Assembly: GCA_977020255.1 (NCBI GenBank)
Contig: CDROCS010001373.1
Coordinates: 248,001-312,000 of the forward strand
From: Obrimoposthia wandeli
Lineage: Eukaryota
Length of the DNA: 64,000 nucleotides
Direction: 5' to 3'
A program made the translations under genes and the position numbers. Positions 13,258 to 28,000 of this stretch are shown here, one piece after another. The notes under the pieces are model-generated. The model had not been told where the DNA came from, ran no database searches, and worked only from the letters and a program-made list of their open reading frames with translations. The stretch's first letter is position 1. Every line of letters starts with the position of its first letter.

Positions 13258-13907
13258 AATACTCGCTACCAAATTCTATTTTACGATATGAAAATATTCG
13301 CTACCAATTTATACTTTACGATGTGAAAATATTCACTACCAAATTATACTTTACGATATGAAAATATTCACTACCAAGTTATACTTTTCTATATGAAAAT
13401 ATTCACTACCAATTATAATTTTCTATATGAAAATATTCACTACCAATTATACTTTTCTATATGAAAATATTCACTACCAAATTATACTTTACGATATGAA
13501 AATATTCACCACCAATTATACTTTTCTATATGAAAATATTCACTACCAATTATACTTTACGATATGAAAATATTCACTACCAATTATACTTTACGATATG
13601 AAAGTATTCACTACCAAATTATACTTTACGATATGAAAATATTCACTACCAAATTATACTTTACGATATGAAAATATTCACTACCAATTATACTTTACGA
13701 TATGAAAATATTCACTGCCAAATTATACTTTTCTGTATGAAAATATTCACTACCAATTATACTTTACGATATGAAAATATTCACTACCAAATTATACTTT
13801 ACGATATGAAAATATTCACTACCAATTATACTTTACGATATGAAAATATTCACTGCCAATTATACTTTACGATATGAAATTATTCACTACCAATTATACT
13901 TTACGAT
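13258..13907. repeat. 34-35 bp minisatellite, about 19 copies
   Basis: Unit TATGAAAATATTCACTACCAA(A)TTATACTTTACGA in tandem, with TTTTCTA variants. Confidence 0.95.
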
Positions 13908-14093
13908 CTTTCTCGGCTCACCTCCAATTTAATTCCGAGGTCTAAATCCGTGAGACTGTCGGAGAGATGGCTCGATCCGAATCCTTAGCCCAGTTTCTTC
14001 TCGGAATCGGTGGCTTCCTGAAATCAGTAGTTCTTCGCAAATCCCCAGCGCTGTATTGATTTTTTAGGTATATGCGTAGACTTATATAGTCTC

Positions 14094-14302
14094 TAGCTAC
14101 TTGCTGGTTGCCTGTCAATCAGTTTCTTGTCTTCCTTATAGTGGCCCTGGAAGTATTGGGTAATTTTTTAATTGTTAAGTGTAATCTACTTTTTCTAGCT
14201 ACTTGCTGATTTCTGTCAATCAGTTTCTTGTCTTCCTTATTGCTGTCAATCAATTTCTTGTCTTCCTTATTGCTGTCAATCAATTTCTTGTCTTCCTTAT
14301 TG
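14094..14302. repeat. About 100-bp duplication with an internal 30-bp tandem repeat (3 copies)
   Basis: CTGTCAATCA(G/A)TTTCTTGTCTTCCTTATTG at 14213, 14243 and 14273, plus a related copy near 14112. It encodes SNKEDKKLID repeats on the minus strand. Confidence 0.9.
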
Positions 14303-17249
14303 TGGTCCTGCAAATACTGAATAATTTTCTAATTTCTAAATGTCACTCACCCACGAACAGCTGCTGCCTCTATTTTCCGGACGACGTGGAATTGGTGATA
14401 TGGCGACTTCTGTAATAACTTCTTATAATTATTCTTCTATTCTTCTTTTAATTTCTTTCTTTTTTGGGGCCCTTTTATTTTGATTTAACTTAATATATAC
14501 TCACGCATTACACACGACCTTCGTGGTCCTTTAATATTTATTTACTATTTAAACTCGACAATTTATTTTTGATATAAAATTAATTTAATTCTAACCTTGC
14601 TTTCAAGGATTTTTATTCATTATAAATACACTTCATTATTTAATTTTTTACAATTCCTAAACCTAACACTATAATGAAATAATCTCAATGTCTCTCCAAC
14701 GAAACTGAATATATCAAAAATTAGCAAATCTGAAATGTTGCAAACGGTTGAGCAGATGAAAAGTCCCATTACATTTGAGTGAATTTTAGATTGACAGCTA
14801 ATACATAAAATATTAATGGACTTAGAGAAGAACTTCACTGAAAACGTTGGCTTTCTTAATTGATTTAGTACATAAGTAAAATAGGTACAGTCCAAAGTTT
14901 CATCCGCCAATTCCGTATTTCTACACGTCATATCGACCCAGTCAATATCAATAAAAATTTAACTATATTCAGATTGTTACTGTTAAACCTTTGATATTTT
15001 TATTTGAAAACTCAAACATATTTTGACTATTAATACAATTTCAAACAGCTCCTTAATTTAACGAACTAAAACTCTTGAAACAAAATATTTCTCCATAATC
15101 TTTTTCGACGATTTCAAGCCGTACAATAAATTCCCAATGATTTAGCGTTCGTCCATGGAACATTTTTATTGGGTTTGTTACTGTTTCCATTTGAATTTTT
15201 TGCCATAGAGTCAAGAACGTTGAAACAAAATTTTGGTTGTGGCCAGTGAATGCGACAAATCAATGTACCAAGCTTTAAGGTATTGCAACTAAAAGCCCTA
15301 CACTTGACATGGTCGATCTTTACACATAATTGTCTATTTCAGCATTCAGTTTCTAGAATAATATACAAAATATAAATGAACTCATCTCGTACTGAATTAG
15401 GTATATTGGCCCATATGTCTGAAATATTTTCTGCGCAAGGAATTTTTTTCAAATTTGGATCCCTCAGAGAATATTAAAACTATAAAAGTCCGACATTGTT
15501 TACAGTACAGCATTTGTTTCTTCTCGATTCTTTCTCTCAGGAGAGGAGTTTATGATTTATTCTACTATATAACGAACCTTGCCTAACCTTGTCTCGCTGC
15601 GGTTAATGATATGTCATATTCAAATTTATCCGCCACTTCATTCGTTTCTTTGTACTTGAACGTCAATGTCGTTTGGTCACATTTTACGCTCTCTAGATAC
15701 TTGTCTTTGGGTACATCCACTAAATATTTTATTTACTATCTTGACGCGAGTATGACAATTTTCCCTTCCTGCTACTTACAATAAAATAACATATTATATG
15801 TAATATGAAACATAAAACTTTCTGAAATTGATAATTATAAATCCTACATTTATAGTTTTAAGTATTTATCACTTATATGTGAACAATATATTATTTGACA
15901 CGATTAAGATAAACAAGTATTTTTACTTTCATATCTATACATTGTAAATCATAGATGATGCATTACATTTGTTGTATTGATAAGTTCATTTCTTTGCAGA
16001 AATTTTAATTAATTACGAGGGTTGTAAATTTGTATTTAATTTATTAATTTCAATACCAGTGATTACTTATATGACAGTATTCAAAGGGAAAATTATGAAA
16101 ATATTATATTATTAAATCATAACAATGCAGATTCATCATTTCAAACTTTTTCGTGGGTGTTCAGTCTCCAAAACAAATGGTTGTAGGTTACTAAATACCC
16201 ACTTCTCCCTGTTAAGACGCTAAACACAGAGTTGTGTATTTACAAGATGTGTAAAATTGCCTCGTAGACCTCCAATTGTATGGTATGGATAAAAAGTGTT
16301 ATAACAATATTGTTAAGTGATTTCCAATTGTGTTAAGTTCAGTATTCAAATATTCTTCCTAGTTCAATTAACAAAACTATCAAAATGTCTTAACATAACC
16401 GAATCTTTTTTTTCCAAAAACCGAATTTTTGATATTTCATTGAAATTGTAGAAAAATATTCTAACTCAATGAACTACTCACGATTCAGAGACTATTGACA
16501 ATATATTCAGCTGACGTAGAAACAATAGCGAGATACGATCGGTGATAAAGGCCGATTAAAATGTACAAATTTCTAGTTGGAAGTGTAAACTGTAAGTTTA
16601 CACTTCTGTTGAGAGATTCTCGCTGAGGAAAAAAAAGTGTCCCCAAAAACGTGGTTTTTCGCCTTTTTCGAAGTGATTAAGAAAGAAAAAGATACCCGGT
16701 TTGGAAGACGATAAACATTTCAGGTCCCGGGACGATTGAGACCAAAGTTCATTTTTTGAAAAATTTTGAAGGTTATATACTCGATGAGCTTGATTTTGAA
16801 AAAAGGTTAGCGACCCCCTTTTTTTATTAAAGTTTTGGAGGCGCTTCTAAAAAATATTGCCCCTATATGTTTTCAGATTTTTCAAATACTTCTTTATTTG
16901 ACCTACATTTGGAAATTGGTCCGATTTTCAGTACCCTCTTTGTTGCGTTTTTCATCGGTTAGAATTATTTCATTTTTTCTGAATAAAGTTTGACTGTTTG
17001 GAAAAAAGAAAACTTTACAACGTATTAGAATTCCATTTCTGATTATTGCGTATTGGCTGAGAAATCATTGTTTTTATAATATTTTTTTAAAAAGGCCAAA
17101 AAATTGCAATCTTGGGCAAACAGATTTCACTTTGCTTCATTAATAAGAAACGCTTGATTCACTTTTTTTTCATTTTCAACATGTACATAGAGAATTGTAG
17201 GCCAAATAAGAATATGCTTAAGTTGATACCTATAAATGTTTTCAAGTAT

Positions 17250-20200
17250 GAAAATATCAATGATTTGCGTTCTGGCGTGTGTGGGATAAGGGAAATAATT
17301 TTTTTAAATTTTAAAGACGTATCTACTTTGACAACCTTTCACTATTTCATGTTGCAAAGGGGCATGTTCATGACATTAATAAAAGTTGACTAAATTCAAA
17401 TTTGAAAAATTGAAAAATGACGCTTTTTTCAGTTTTTTTTCACAAAATTGAATTTCTGCAATATAACCCATTCTAGGTTTACTTCAATCTGAATAAGAAA
17501 GTAACAGAAAAGCTCAATTTCAATGACTGTTTTACAATATGACTTTTGTAGAAGTTGCATTCCGGGTTTCAAAACGTCACAATTTGAGGTTGAAAATCCT
17601 TTAAAATGTGATTTTAGGCGTTTTTTTTCCGGTTTTTACACTTTTCTTCATTCTAACGTCGTATATAAAGATAAAAAGGTACCAATATCTGAGAAACATA
17701 AGCTTAGAAAGTAAGTAGACGTTTAGAAATATAAATTAAACTCTGAAAACTTAAGCTGGTCATATAATTGTGTGTGCCAACTTTTTAATTAAAAAAGGTA
17801 CCTGGCTACAAATTACAGCAATAGATGCGCCTTTAAAAAATAATACCGACATTCTTTGTAAGAATTTTGCAAAAATCTTTCAGTTTCACAAGATTTATGA
17901 ATTTGTATTAATTTCAGTACCCTCTTTGGAGACTTGTAGAGAGGGAAATAATCAAATTTATGTTTCAAATTACCTCCATCTTATAGAGAAAAGAATTATC
18001 TATGACATGTTATAATATCATTATTAGCTGATTCGTATATCCTGAGAACTAAGTGCATTTCTAAAAAAGTTTAAAAAACATGAAAATCCACTTTTTAAAA
18101 TAATCAATATTTTATTGTATACTTTATATTTAATTAATAAGATTCAATTTGCTAGATATTGCAATTTAGCTCGGATATTATCCAAAATAGCACCAAAATA
18201 TTCGTCTCAATTAGATGATAAGGAATATATAACTTACTTTACTCAACGCACAATATTCACAGAGTAAAAAAAGGAAATACATATTACCTTATACTATAGA
18301 AATAAAACTCAATTTTGCTATTTCCTGTAATATGCATCTGTTGTAATGCAGAAAACTATCCAAAATTCTGTCGCATCAAGACGAGCAAGAATTTGTATAC
18401 AAATTTTGTGTATTCCTAATATTCGCCGAGTAATTTGGGAAAAGGTTACATGTCATTGAATAATTCCGGATTTTTAAAAACGTAAATGCTCTTAGAGAAA
18501 TTCTGAAAATAAAATACAAAATTAAGTTTCGCCGAGAAACATCTGAATCTGTGTTTACTTTCTAAATTGGTTTAGTATTTGTCGAGTTATTTGCAATCGA
18601 AAATCTCGATTCTAGGAATTAAGATATATGCTTAAACCTGTACTTTGCTCGAATTAAATATCTTTTATATCTTTCTGGTGTTAAAAATTCTGAAAAAAAT
18701 TATGGTGTGCTTAGTTTTCTTTAATTCGCAATATTGAGAAAGAAATTCGTGAAAGAAACATTGAATGCAATATTATAAAAGTAGAAAATTCAATTTTACA
18801 TTTTAATTCTATATTGTACCAAAATGATCGGAAGCACCATCAAAAGACGCGTCTCAGTGAGCTGAGTACGGATAGAATTTTAGATTCAAGAATGGTGTTG
18901 TCCTCCTTGAGAAATTTGAGTAAAAGTGAATTTTCTCTGAAACTCACCAAAATAGGCATCTAACATTTTTTTGCCCCAATTTCAACGACAGGGTATGAAA
19001 ACTTCCGTCTTGCTTAGAGGAGAAAGAATATGTGTGTGGTTTTGCTAATATGGGAACCTTGATCAAAATAGCATCAAATGTTTATGTCACCAAAAATTTA
19101 TGATTTATATTTAGCTTTATTTGAAAAAGTGTTAAATAAAAGTTAGCAGATATATTCAAATGATGAAAATAAAACTTCTTCAATCTGTTATCTACATGTT
19201 TCAATCAGATTGAATACCAAAACATTCATTATTCGTGGAGTTATTCGATAAAATTGAAAAAGGTTTAAAATTCGAAATGCTGGGCCACCTCATTTCACTT
19301 TGCTTCGGGACTAAGAAACGCTTGAAATATCTTTTTCCAAATTTTTAACATACAAAAGAAAATTGTTGCTAAAGAAATAATTTGTCATTGTTGGTCATCA
19401 CAAATGGTTTTAAGTAGGGTCAATTTAATGATTTGCGTACCGTGGTGTGTGAAATCTGCAAAATAATATTATTGATTTTAAAATCCAGAAAAGGTTAGAA
19501 AACATTACACTATTTCATGTTGCAAAAATGCAACTTCAACACATAAGTGAAAAATAGCCATTTTTCCGTGTTATTTCACGAAACTGCTTTGCGCAAAATG
19601 ATACCATTCTAGGGTTACTTGAATCTGATTGAAGTTTAAAGTTAAAAACGCAATTTCAATGACTGCTCTACAAGTTGTTTTCTTAAAAAATGACATTATG
19701 GTTTACAAATCGTCACAATTTGAGTTTTAAAATCCTCAAAAATTCGATTTTGGTCATTTTTGTGATTATACACTTTTATCCATTCTAACGTCGTATTTAA
19801 AGATAAAAAGGTATCAATCTCTGAGAAACATAAGCTTAGCAAATATAAAGACGTTTATAAATGTAATTAAAATTTTGTAAACTTACCCGTGTCATATAGT
19901 TGTGTGTGCCACTTTTTTAACAAAATACGGGTTGTGACTAAAAATTCCATCATTAGATACGTCTTTAAAAAATATGTACCTAATGTGTTATTAGATTTTA
20001 GTAAAAACCTTTTAGTTTCACAAGATTTGCAATTTTGTATCCAGTTAAGTAGCCTCTTTGGAGCCTCGTATGTACGAAAATAATCAAAAGTAAAATTCAA
20101 TTTACCTCCAAGCGATAGAGAAAAGAATTCTCTATCTCGTGTTAGAACATCATTTATAGACAAATTGTATCTCCTAAGCTAGGGGCGTTTGTAAAAAGAG

Positions 20201-20865
20201 AAAAAAAAGAAACATGAAAATTAATTTAATTAATTTAATCAATATTTTATTGTATACATTATAAATAGCATCAAATTTAGCTTTAAATTTGCAATATAGC
20301 TTTAATATTATCGGAAGTAACATCAAAATGTTCGTCTCAATTAGAGGAGAAGGAATATGTAAGTTAATTTTACATGTTCGAGGTATTCACAGAGAAATAA
20401 AAGGAAATACATATTACTTTATACTATAGAAATAAAACTCAAATTTGTTATTTCCTGTAATATGCATCTGTTGTAATACAGAAAATTTTCAGAAAATGCA
20501 TCGCGTCAAGGCAAACAAGAATATGTATACGAATTTTGTGGATTCTCAATATTTGCCGAGTAATTTGGGAAAATGTTACATGTCAGTGAATAATCCCGAA
20601 TTTCCAAATACGTAAATGCTACTTAAGAAATTCTGAAAATAGAATTCAAAATTAAGTTTTAGCAAGAAACATCCAATTTGTGCTTACTTTCTAAATTGGT
20701 TTAGTATTTGTCGAGTTATTCGCATTCGAAAATCTCGATTCTAGGAATTAAAATATATGCTTAAAACCTTACTTTACATAATTAAAATATATTTTATATC
20801 TTTCTGACGTGAAAAAACGTGAAAAAAATTATGGTGTGCTTAACTATTTTTAATTCGCAATATTG
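17250..20865. repeat. Diverged tandem duplication of a non-coding, probably non-autonomous transposon-like unit, offset about 2.13 kb
   Basis: Collinear matching blocks: CACTATTTCATGTTGCAAA (about 17340 and 19508), CATTCTAACGTCGTAT-TAAAGATAAAAAGGTA (about 17650 and 19781), GGAAATACATATTAC-TTATACTATAGAAATAAAACTCAA (about 18273 and 20403), TTAATTCGCAATATTGAGAAA (about 18721 and 20851). Confidence 0.8.
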
Positions 20866-22090
20866 AGAAAAATATTTAATATAATATTAGAATTTTAGAA
20901 AGTTCAATTTACTATTTAATTTTTAAATATTTCACTGAAAATTTTCTAAATAGAAATGTTACTTTAATATTTAACTTAATGTTTCATTAACTTTAGCTTT
21001 TTTGTCCAATAATATAAATATTTAATAGTTATTTGTTTTATTATTGTAATTATATATAAATTTAACTTTATTTACATTATCTTCAAATTTAAAAATTGTA
21101 TGGAATTTTAGGCACATATAATACTTCTACGCTGTCAACAATGAATTTATTAGACGAACATTTATGAAATTTGTAAAGGTCATATAAATTTATTTTTACA
21201 TGATTAAATTAAAATTATTATTATTTTAATTTAAAATCAAATTATTGTTAACCTCAATTGAAGAATTAAAATATTCAATTTTATTAAATATTTTTAACAT
21301 TTTTATATATTTCTGTTTTATAATTTAATAAATATAAGTCTAAGATATTTTGTTATTTTTATTTGTGTAATTTTGCTATTATTATTTCAAGTTAATTCAG
21401 TTTTCTTTTTTATACGTCAAAAAAAGTATGAGCTGTGGTTCATCCAGAGATAATAGTATTTTAAAAAAGATGCTAGAAGGCAAAATATATGTAACAAACG
21501 GAAAATTAATGTTTCTTTTTGGAAATCGGAGATGATATATACATTTTAAAATGCAGTAAATCAGTTAGTTATTATGGTTATATGATTATTGATATTATAT
21601 ATTACAATATATCTGATACGTTAAATGCAATAGAATAGAATTGTAAAATATAATATTTAATTAATCACGTGGTATTTATTACAAAATCTTGTTGTTTAAA
21701 TAATAGGTAATTAACATTGGCGTACTTTTTGCGAAATATTCAAAATAGGGTAGAAGTATTATATCTGCCGAATTTCAAATAAAAAAGTATATTTTAGAGA
21801 AAATTTAACATTAGGATTTTTTCTTTAATTATTCTTTTTCTTATCTTTATACTTTTTATTTATTTTCATGTAAAATTTTATGTGTTTGTGAATTTTGATG
21901 TTTAATTATTTATATCTAATAATAAAGGTTTAGTTTCTTAAAGTTTTTAACATTTTTTTGACTTTATAACTTTACACATTACGTAGTCTTAGTCTAAACG
22001 CGATATAAATTTTTTGTTGTTACTAAATATTAATACATTTCAATTTTATTGGACTAAATTAGCACCCGGTCAGAATTTTATTGTTTTTTA

Positions 22091-25000
22091 CATTTTCACA
22101 CCGAACCACCTTTTCAAGCCAAAATATATTTTCACACCTCACCAACTTTTCAAGCCAAAATATTTTTTCACACCCAACCACCTTTTCAAGCCAAAATACT
22201 TTTTCACACCTAACCACCTTTTCGAGCCTAAATATTTTTTCACACCCAACCACCTTTTCAAGCCAAAATATTTTTTCACACCTCACCAACTTTTCAAGCC
22301 AAAATATTTTTTCACACCCAAACACCTTTTTCAAGCCAAAATACTTTTTCACACCTAACAACCTTTTCGAGCCTAAATATTTTTTCACACCCACCCACCT
22401 TTTCGAGCCTAAATATTTTTTCACACATAAACACTTTTTTAAACCAAAATACCTTTTCACACCCAACCACCTTTTCGAGCCTAAATACTTTTTCACACCC
22501 ACCCACCTTATCAAGCCCAAATATTTTGTCAAAACCAACCACCTTTTCAAGCCAAAATACTTTTTCACAGCCACCCACCTTTTTAAGTCTAAATATTTTT
22601 TAACACACAACCACCTTTTCGAGCCTAAATATTTTTTCAGACCCACCCACCTTTTCAAGCCAAAATATTTTTCCCTCCCATCCACCTTATCAAGCCCAAA
22701 TATTTTGTCAAAACCAACCACCTTTTCAAGCCAAAATACTTTTTCACAGCCACCCACCTTTTTAAGTCTAAATATTTTTTAACACACAACCACCTTTTCG
22801 AGCCTAAATATTTTTTCACACCCACCCACCTTTTCAAGCCAAAATATTTTTCACTCCCACCCACCTTATCAAGCCCAAATATTTTGTCAAAACCAACCAC
22901 CTTTTCAAGCCAAAATACTTTTTCACAGCCACCCACCTTTTTAAGTCTAAATATTTTTTAACACACACCACCTTTTCGAGCCTAAATATTTTTTCAGACC
23001 CACCCACCTTTTCAAGCCAAAATATTTTTCCCTCCCATCCACCTTATCAGGCCAAAATATTTTGTCAGACCCAACCACCTTTTCAAGCCAAAATATTTTT
23101 TTACACCCAACCATCTTTTCAAGCCAAAATATTTTGTCACACATAAACACCTTTTCAAACCAAAATACTTTTTCACACCCAACCACCTTTTCGAGCCTAA
23201 ATATTTTTTCACATCCAACCACCTTATCAAGCCAAAATATTTTGTCAGACCCAACCATCTTTTTAAGTCTAAATATTTTTTAACACACAACCACCTTTTC
23301 GAGCCTAAATATTTTTTCACACCCACCCACCTTTTCAAGCCAAAATATTTTTCACTCCCACCCACCTTATCAAGCCCAAATATTTTGTCAAAACCAACCA
23401 CCTTTTCAAGCCAAAATACTTTTTCACAGCCACCCACCTTTTTAAGTCTAAATATTTTTTAACACACAACCACCTTTTCGAGCCTAAATATTTTTTCAGA
23501 CCCACCTACCTTTTCAAGCCAAAATATTTTTCACTCCCATCCACCTTATCATGCCAAAATATTTTGTCAGACCCAACCACCTTTTCAAGCCAAAATATTT
23601 TTTTACACCCAACCATCTTTTCAAGCCAAAATATTTTGTCACACATAAAGACCTTTTCAAACCAAAATACTATTTCAGACCTAACCACCTATTCGAGACT
23701 AAATATTTTTTCAGACTTAACCACCTTTTCGAGCATAAATATATTTTCACACCCAACCACCTTTTCAAGCCAAAATATTTTTTCAGACCCAAACACCTTT
23801 TCAGGCCAAAATATTTTGTCACACATAAACATCTTTTCAAACCAAAATACTTTTTCACACCCAACCACCTTTTCAAGCCAAAATATTTTTTTCACACCCA
23901 ACCACCTTTTCGAGCCTAAATATTTTTTCACATCCAACCACCTTTTCAAGCCAAAATAATTTTTTCACACCCAATCACCTTTTCGAGCATAAATATTTCT
24001 TCACACCTAACCATCTTTTCAAGCCAAAATACTTTTTCACACCCAACCACCTTTTTAAGTCTAAACATTTTTTCACACACAACCACCTTTTCGAACCTAA
24101 ATATTTTTTCACACATAAACACTTTTTTAAACCAAAATACCTTTTCACACCCAACCACCTTTTCGAGCCTAATTATTTTTTCACACCCACCCACCCTTTC
24201 GAGCCTAAATATTTTTTCACACATAAACACTTTTTTAAACCAAAATACCTTTTCACACCCAACCACCTTTTCGAGCCTAAATACTTTTTCACACCCACCC
24301 ACCCTTTCGAGCCTAAATATTTTTTCACACATAAACACTTTTTTAAACCAAAATACCTTTTCACACCCAACCACCTTTTCGAGCCTAAATACTTTTTCAC
24401 AGCCACCCACCTTTTTAAGTCTAAATATTTTTTAACACACAACCACCTTTTCGAGCCTAAATATTTTTTCACACCCACCCACCTTTTCAAGCCAAAATAT
24501 TTTTCACTCCCACCCACCTTATCAAGCCCAAATATTTTGTCAAAACCAACCACCTTTTCAAGCCAAAATACTTTTTCACAGCCACCCACCTTTTTAAGTC
24601 TAAATATTTTTTAACACACAACCACCTTTTCGAGCCTAAATATTTTTTCAGACCCACCCACCTTTTCAAGCCAAAATATTTTTCCCTCCCATCCACCTTA
24701 TCAGGCCAAAATATTTTGTCAGACCCAACCACCTTTTCAAGCCAAAATATTTTTTTACACCCAACCATCTTTTCAAGCCAAAATATTTTGTCACACATAA
24801 ACACCTTTTCAAACCAAAATACTTTTTCACACCCAACCACCTTTTCGAGCCTAAATATTTTTTCACATCCAACCACCTTATCAAGCCAAAATATTTTGTC
24901 AGACCCAACCATCTTTTTAAGTCTAAACATTTTTTCACACACAACCACCTTTTCGAACCTAAATATTTTTTCACACATAAACACTTTTTTAAACCAAAAT

Positions 25001-28000
25001 ACCTTTTCACACCCAACCACCTTTTCGAGCCTAATTATTTTTTCACACCCACCCACCCTTTCGAGCCTAAATGTTTTTCACACATAAACACTTTTGAAAC
25101 CAAAATACCTTTTCACACCCAACCACCTTTTCAAGCCAAAATATTTTTTATAACCATCTTTTCAAGCCAAAATATTTTTGTCACACATAAACACCTTTTC
25201 AAACCAAAATGCTTTTCACACCCAACCACCTTTTCAGCCTAAATATTTTTTCACATCCAACCACCTTATCAAGCCAAATATTTTGTCAGACCCAACCATC
25301 TTTTATCTAAATATTTTTTAACACACAACCACCTTTTCGAGCCTAAATATTTTTTCACACCCAACCACCTTTTCAAGCCAAAAATATTTTTCACTCCACC
25401 CACCTTATCAAGCCCAAATGTTTTGTCAAAACCAACCACCTTTTCAAGCCAAAATACTTTTTCACAGCCACCCACCTTTTTAAGTCTAAATATTTTTTAA
25501 CACACAACCACCTTTTCGAGCCTAGATATATTTTCAGACCCACCTACCTTTTCAAGCCAAAATATTTTTCACTCCCATCCACCTTATCATGCCAAAATAT
25601 TTTGTCAGACCCAACCACCTTTTCAAGCCAAAATATTTTTTTACACCCAACCATCTTTTCAAGCCAAAATATTTTGTCACACATAAAGACCTTTTCAAAC
25701 CAAAATACTATTTCAGACCTAACCACCTATTCGAGACTAAATATTTTTTCAGACTTAACCACCTTTTCGAGCATAAATATATTTTCAGACCCAAACACCT
25801 TTTCAAGCCAAAATATTTTTTTACACCCAACCACCTTTTCAAGCCAAAATATTTTTTCAGACCCAAACACCTTTTCAGGCCAAAATATTTTGTCACACAT
25901 AAACATCTTTTCAAACCAAAATACTTTTTCACACCCAACCACCTTTTCAAGCCAAAATATTTTGTCACCCAACCACCTTTTCGAGCCTAAATATTTTTTC
26001 ACATCAACCACCTTTTCAAGCCAAAATATTTTTCACGCAACCACCTTTTCGAAAATATGCATAATGTTTCTTCACACCTAACCATCTTTTCAAGCCAAAA
26101 TACTTTTTCACACCCAACCACCTTTTTCAGTCTAAACATTTTTTCACACACAACCACCTTTTCGAACCTAAATATTTTTTCACACATAAACACTTTTTAA
26201 ACCAAAATGCCTTTTCGCAACCAACCACCTTTTCGAGCCTAATTATTTTTCACACACCCACCCACCTTTTCGAGCCTAAATATTTTTCACACATAAACAC
26301 TTTTTAAACCAAAATACCTTTTCACACCCAACCACCTTTTCGAGCCTAAATACTTTTCACACCCAACCACCTTTTCAAGCCAAAATATTTTCAAACCCAA
26401 CCACCTTTTTTTAAGTCTAAACATTTTTTCTCACACAACCACCTTTTCGAATCTAAATATTTTTTCACACATAAACACTTTTAAACCAAAATACCTTTTC
26501 ACACCCAACCACCTTTTCAAGCCAAAATATTTTTAACACCCACCCACCTTTTCAGGCCTAAATACTTTCACACCACAACCAAAATACCTTTTCACAACCA
26601 CCTTTTCGAGCCTAAATACTTTTTTCACACCCACCCACCTTTTCAGCCTAAATATTTTTTCACACATAAACACTTTTTTAAACTAAAATACCTTTCACAC
26701 CCAACCACCTTTTCGAGCCTAAATGCTTTTCACACCCACCCACCTATCAGAAGCAATATTTGTCAAACCAACCACCTTTAAACCAAAATTTTTTCACAGC
26801 CACCCACCTTTTAAGTCTAAATATTTTTTAACCACAACCACCTTTTCAGGCCTAAATATTTTTTTTTCTAAATGTTTTCCCACCCACCTAAACGCTTCAA
26901 GCCAAAATATTTTCCCTCCATCCACCTTATCAAGCCCAAATATTTTGTCAAAACCAACCACCTTTTCAAGCCAAAAATACTTTTTCACACCTAACAACCT
27001 TTCGAGCCTAAATATTTTTTTCACACCCACCACAACTTTTCGAGCCTAATAATTTTTCACACCAAACTGCTTTTTTAAACCAAAATACCCTTTTTCACAC
27101 CCAACAACCTTTTCAGGCCTAAATACTTTTTCACACCACCACCTTATCAAGCCCAAATATTTTGTCAAAACCAACCAACTTTTCAAACAAAATGCTTTTC
27201 ACAGCCACCCACCTTTTTAAATCTAAATATTTTTAACACACAACCACCTTTCGAGCCCTAAATATTTTTCAGACCCACCCACCTTTTCAAGCCAAATATT
27301 TTCCCTTCCATCCACCTTATCAAACCCAAATATTTTGTCAAAACCAACCACCTTTTCAAGCCAAAATACTTTTCACAGCCACCCACCTTTTTAAGTCTAA
27401 ATATTTTTTAACACACAACCACCTTTTCGAGCCCTAAATATTTTCACCCACCCACCTTTTCAAGCCAAAATATTTTCGCACCAACCACCTCCACCCACCT
27501 TATCAAGCCAAAATATTTTGTCACAACCAACCACCTTTTCAAGCCAAAATACTTTTCACAGCCACCACCTTTTAAGTCCTAAAGTATTTTTTTAACACAC
27601 AACCACCTTTTCGAGCCTAAATATTTTTCAGACCCACCACCCACCTTTTTCAAGCCAAAATATTTTCCTCCATCCACCTTATCAGGCCAAAATATTTGTC
27701 AGACCCAACCACCTTTTCAAAGTCAAAATATTTTTTTACACCCAACCATCTTTTCAAGCCAAAATATTTGTCACACATAAACACCTTTTCAAACAAAATA
27801 CTTTTCACATAACCACCTTTTCGAGCCTAAATATTTTTTCACATCAACCACCTTATCAAGCTAAAATATTTTGTCAGACCAACCATCTTTTTAAAGTCCT
27901 AAATATTTTTTAACACACAACCACCTTTTCGAGCCTAAATATTTTTCACCCACCCACCTTTTCAAGCCAAAATATTTTCACTCCACCCACCTTATCAGAA

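Noticed and set aside
13258-13907. CRISPR-sized 34-35 bp repeats and the ORF at 13668-13877
   Set aside because: The repeats are head-to-tail with no spacers; the ORF is just the repeat translated.
14620-14931. 103-aa minus-strand ORF with LADETLD (hAT-like ADETTD)
   Set aside because: A single short motif with no supporting context.
16570-16606. Helitron 3' end (hairpin near CTAG)
   Set aside because: The spacing is too short and CTAG is not followed by T on the relevant strand. It is kept only as a hairpin observation.
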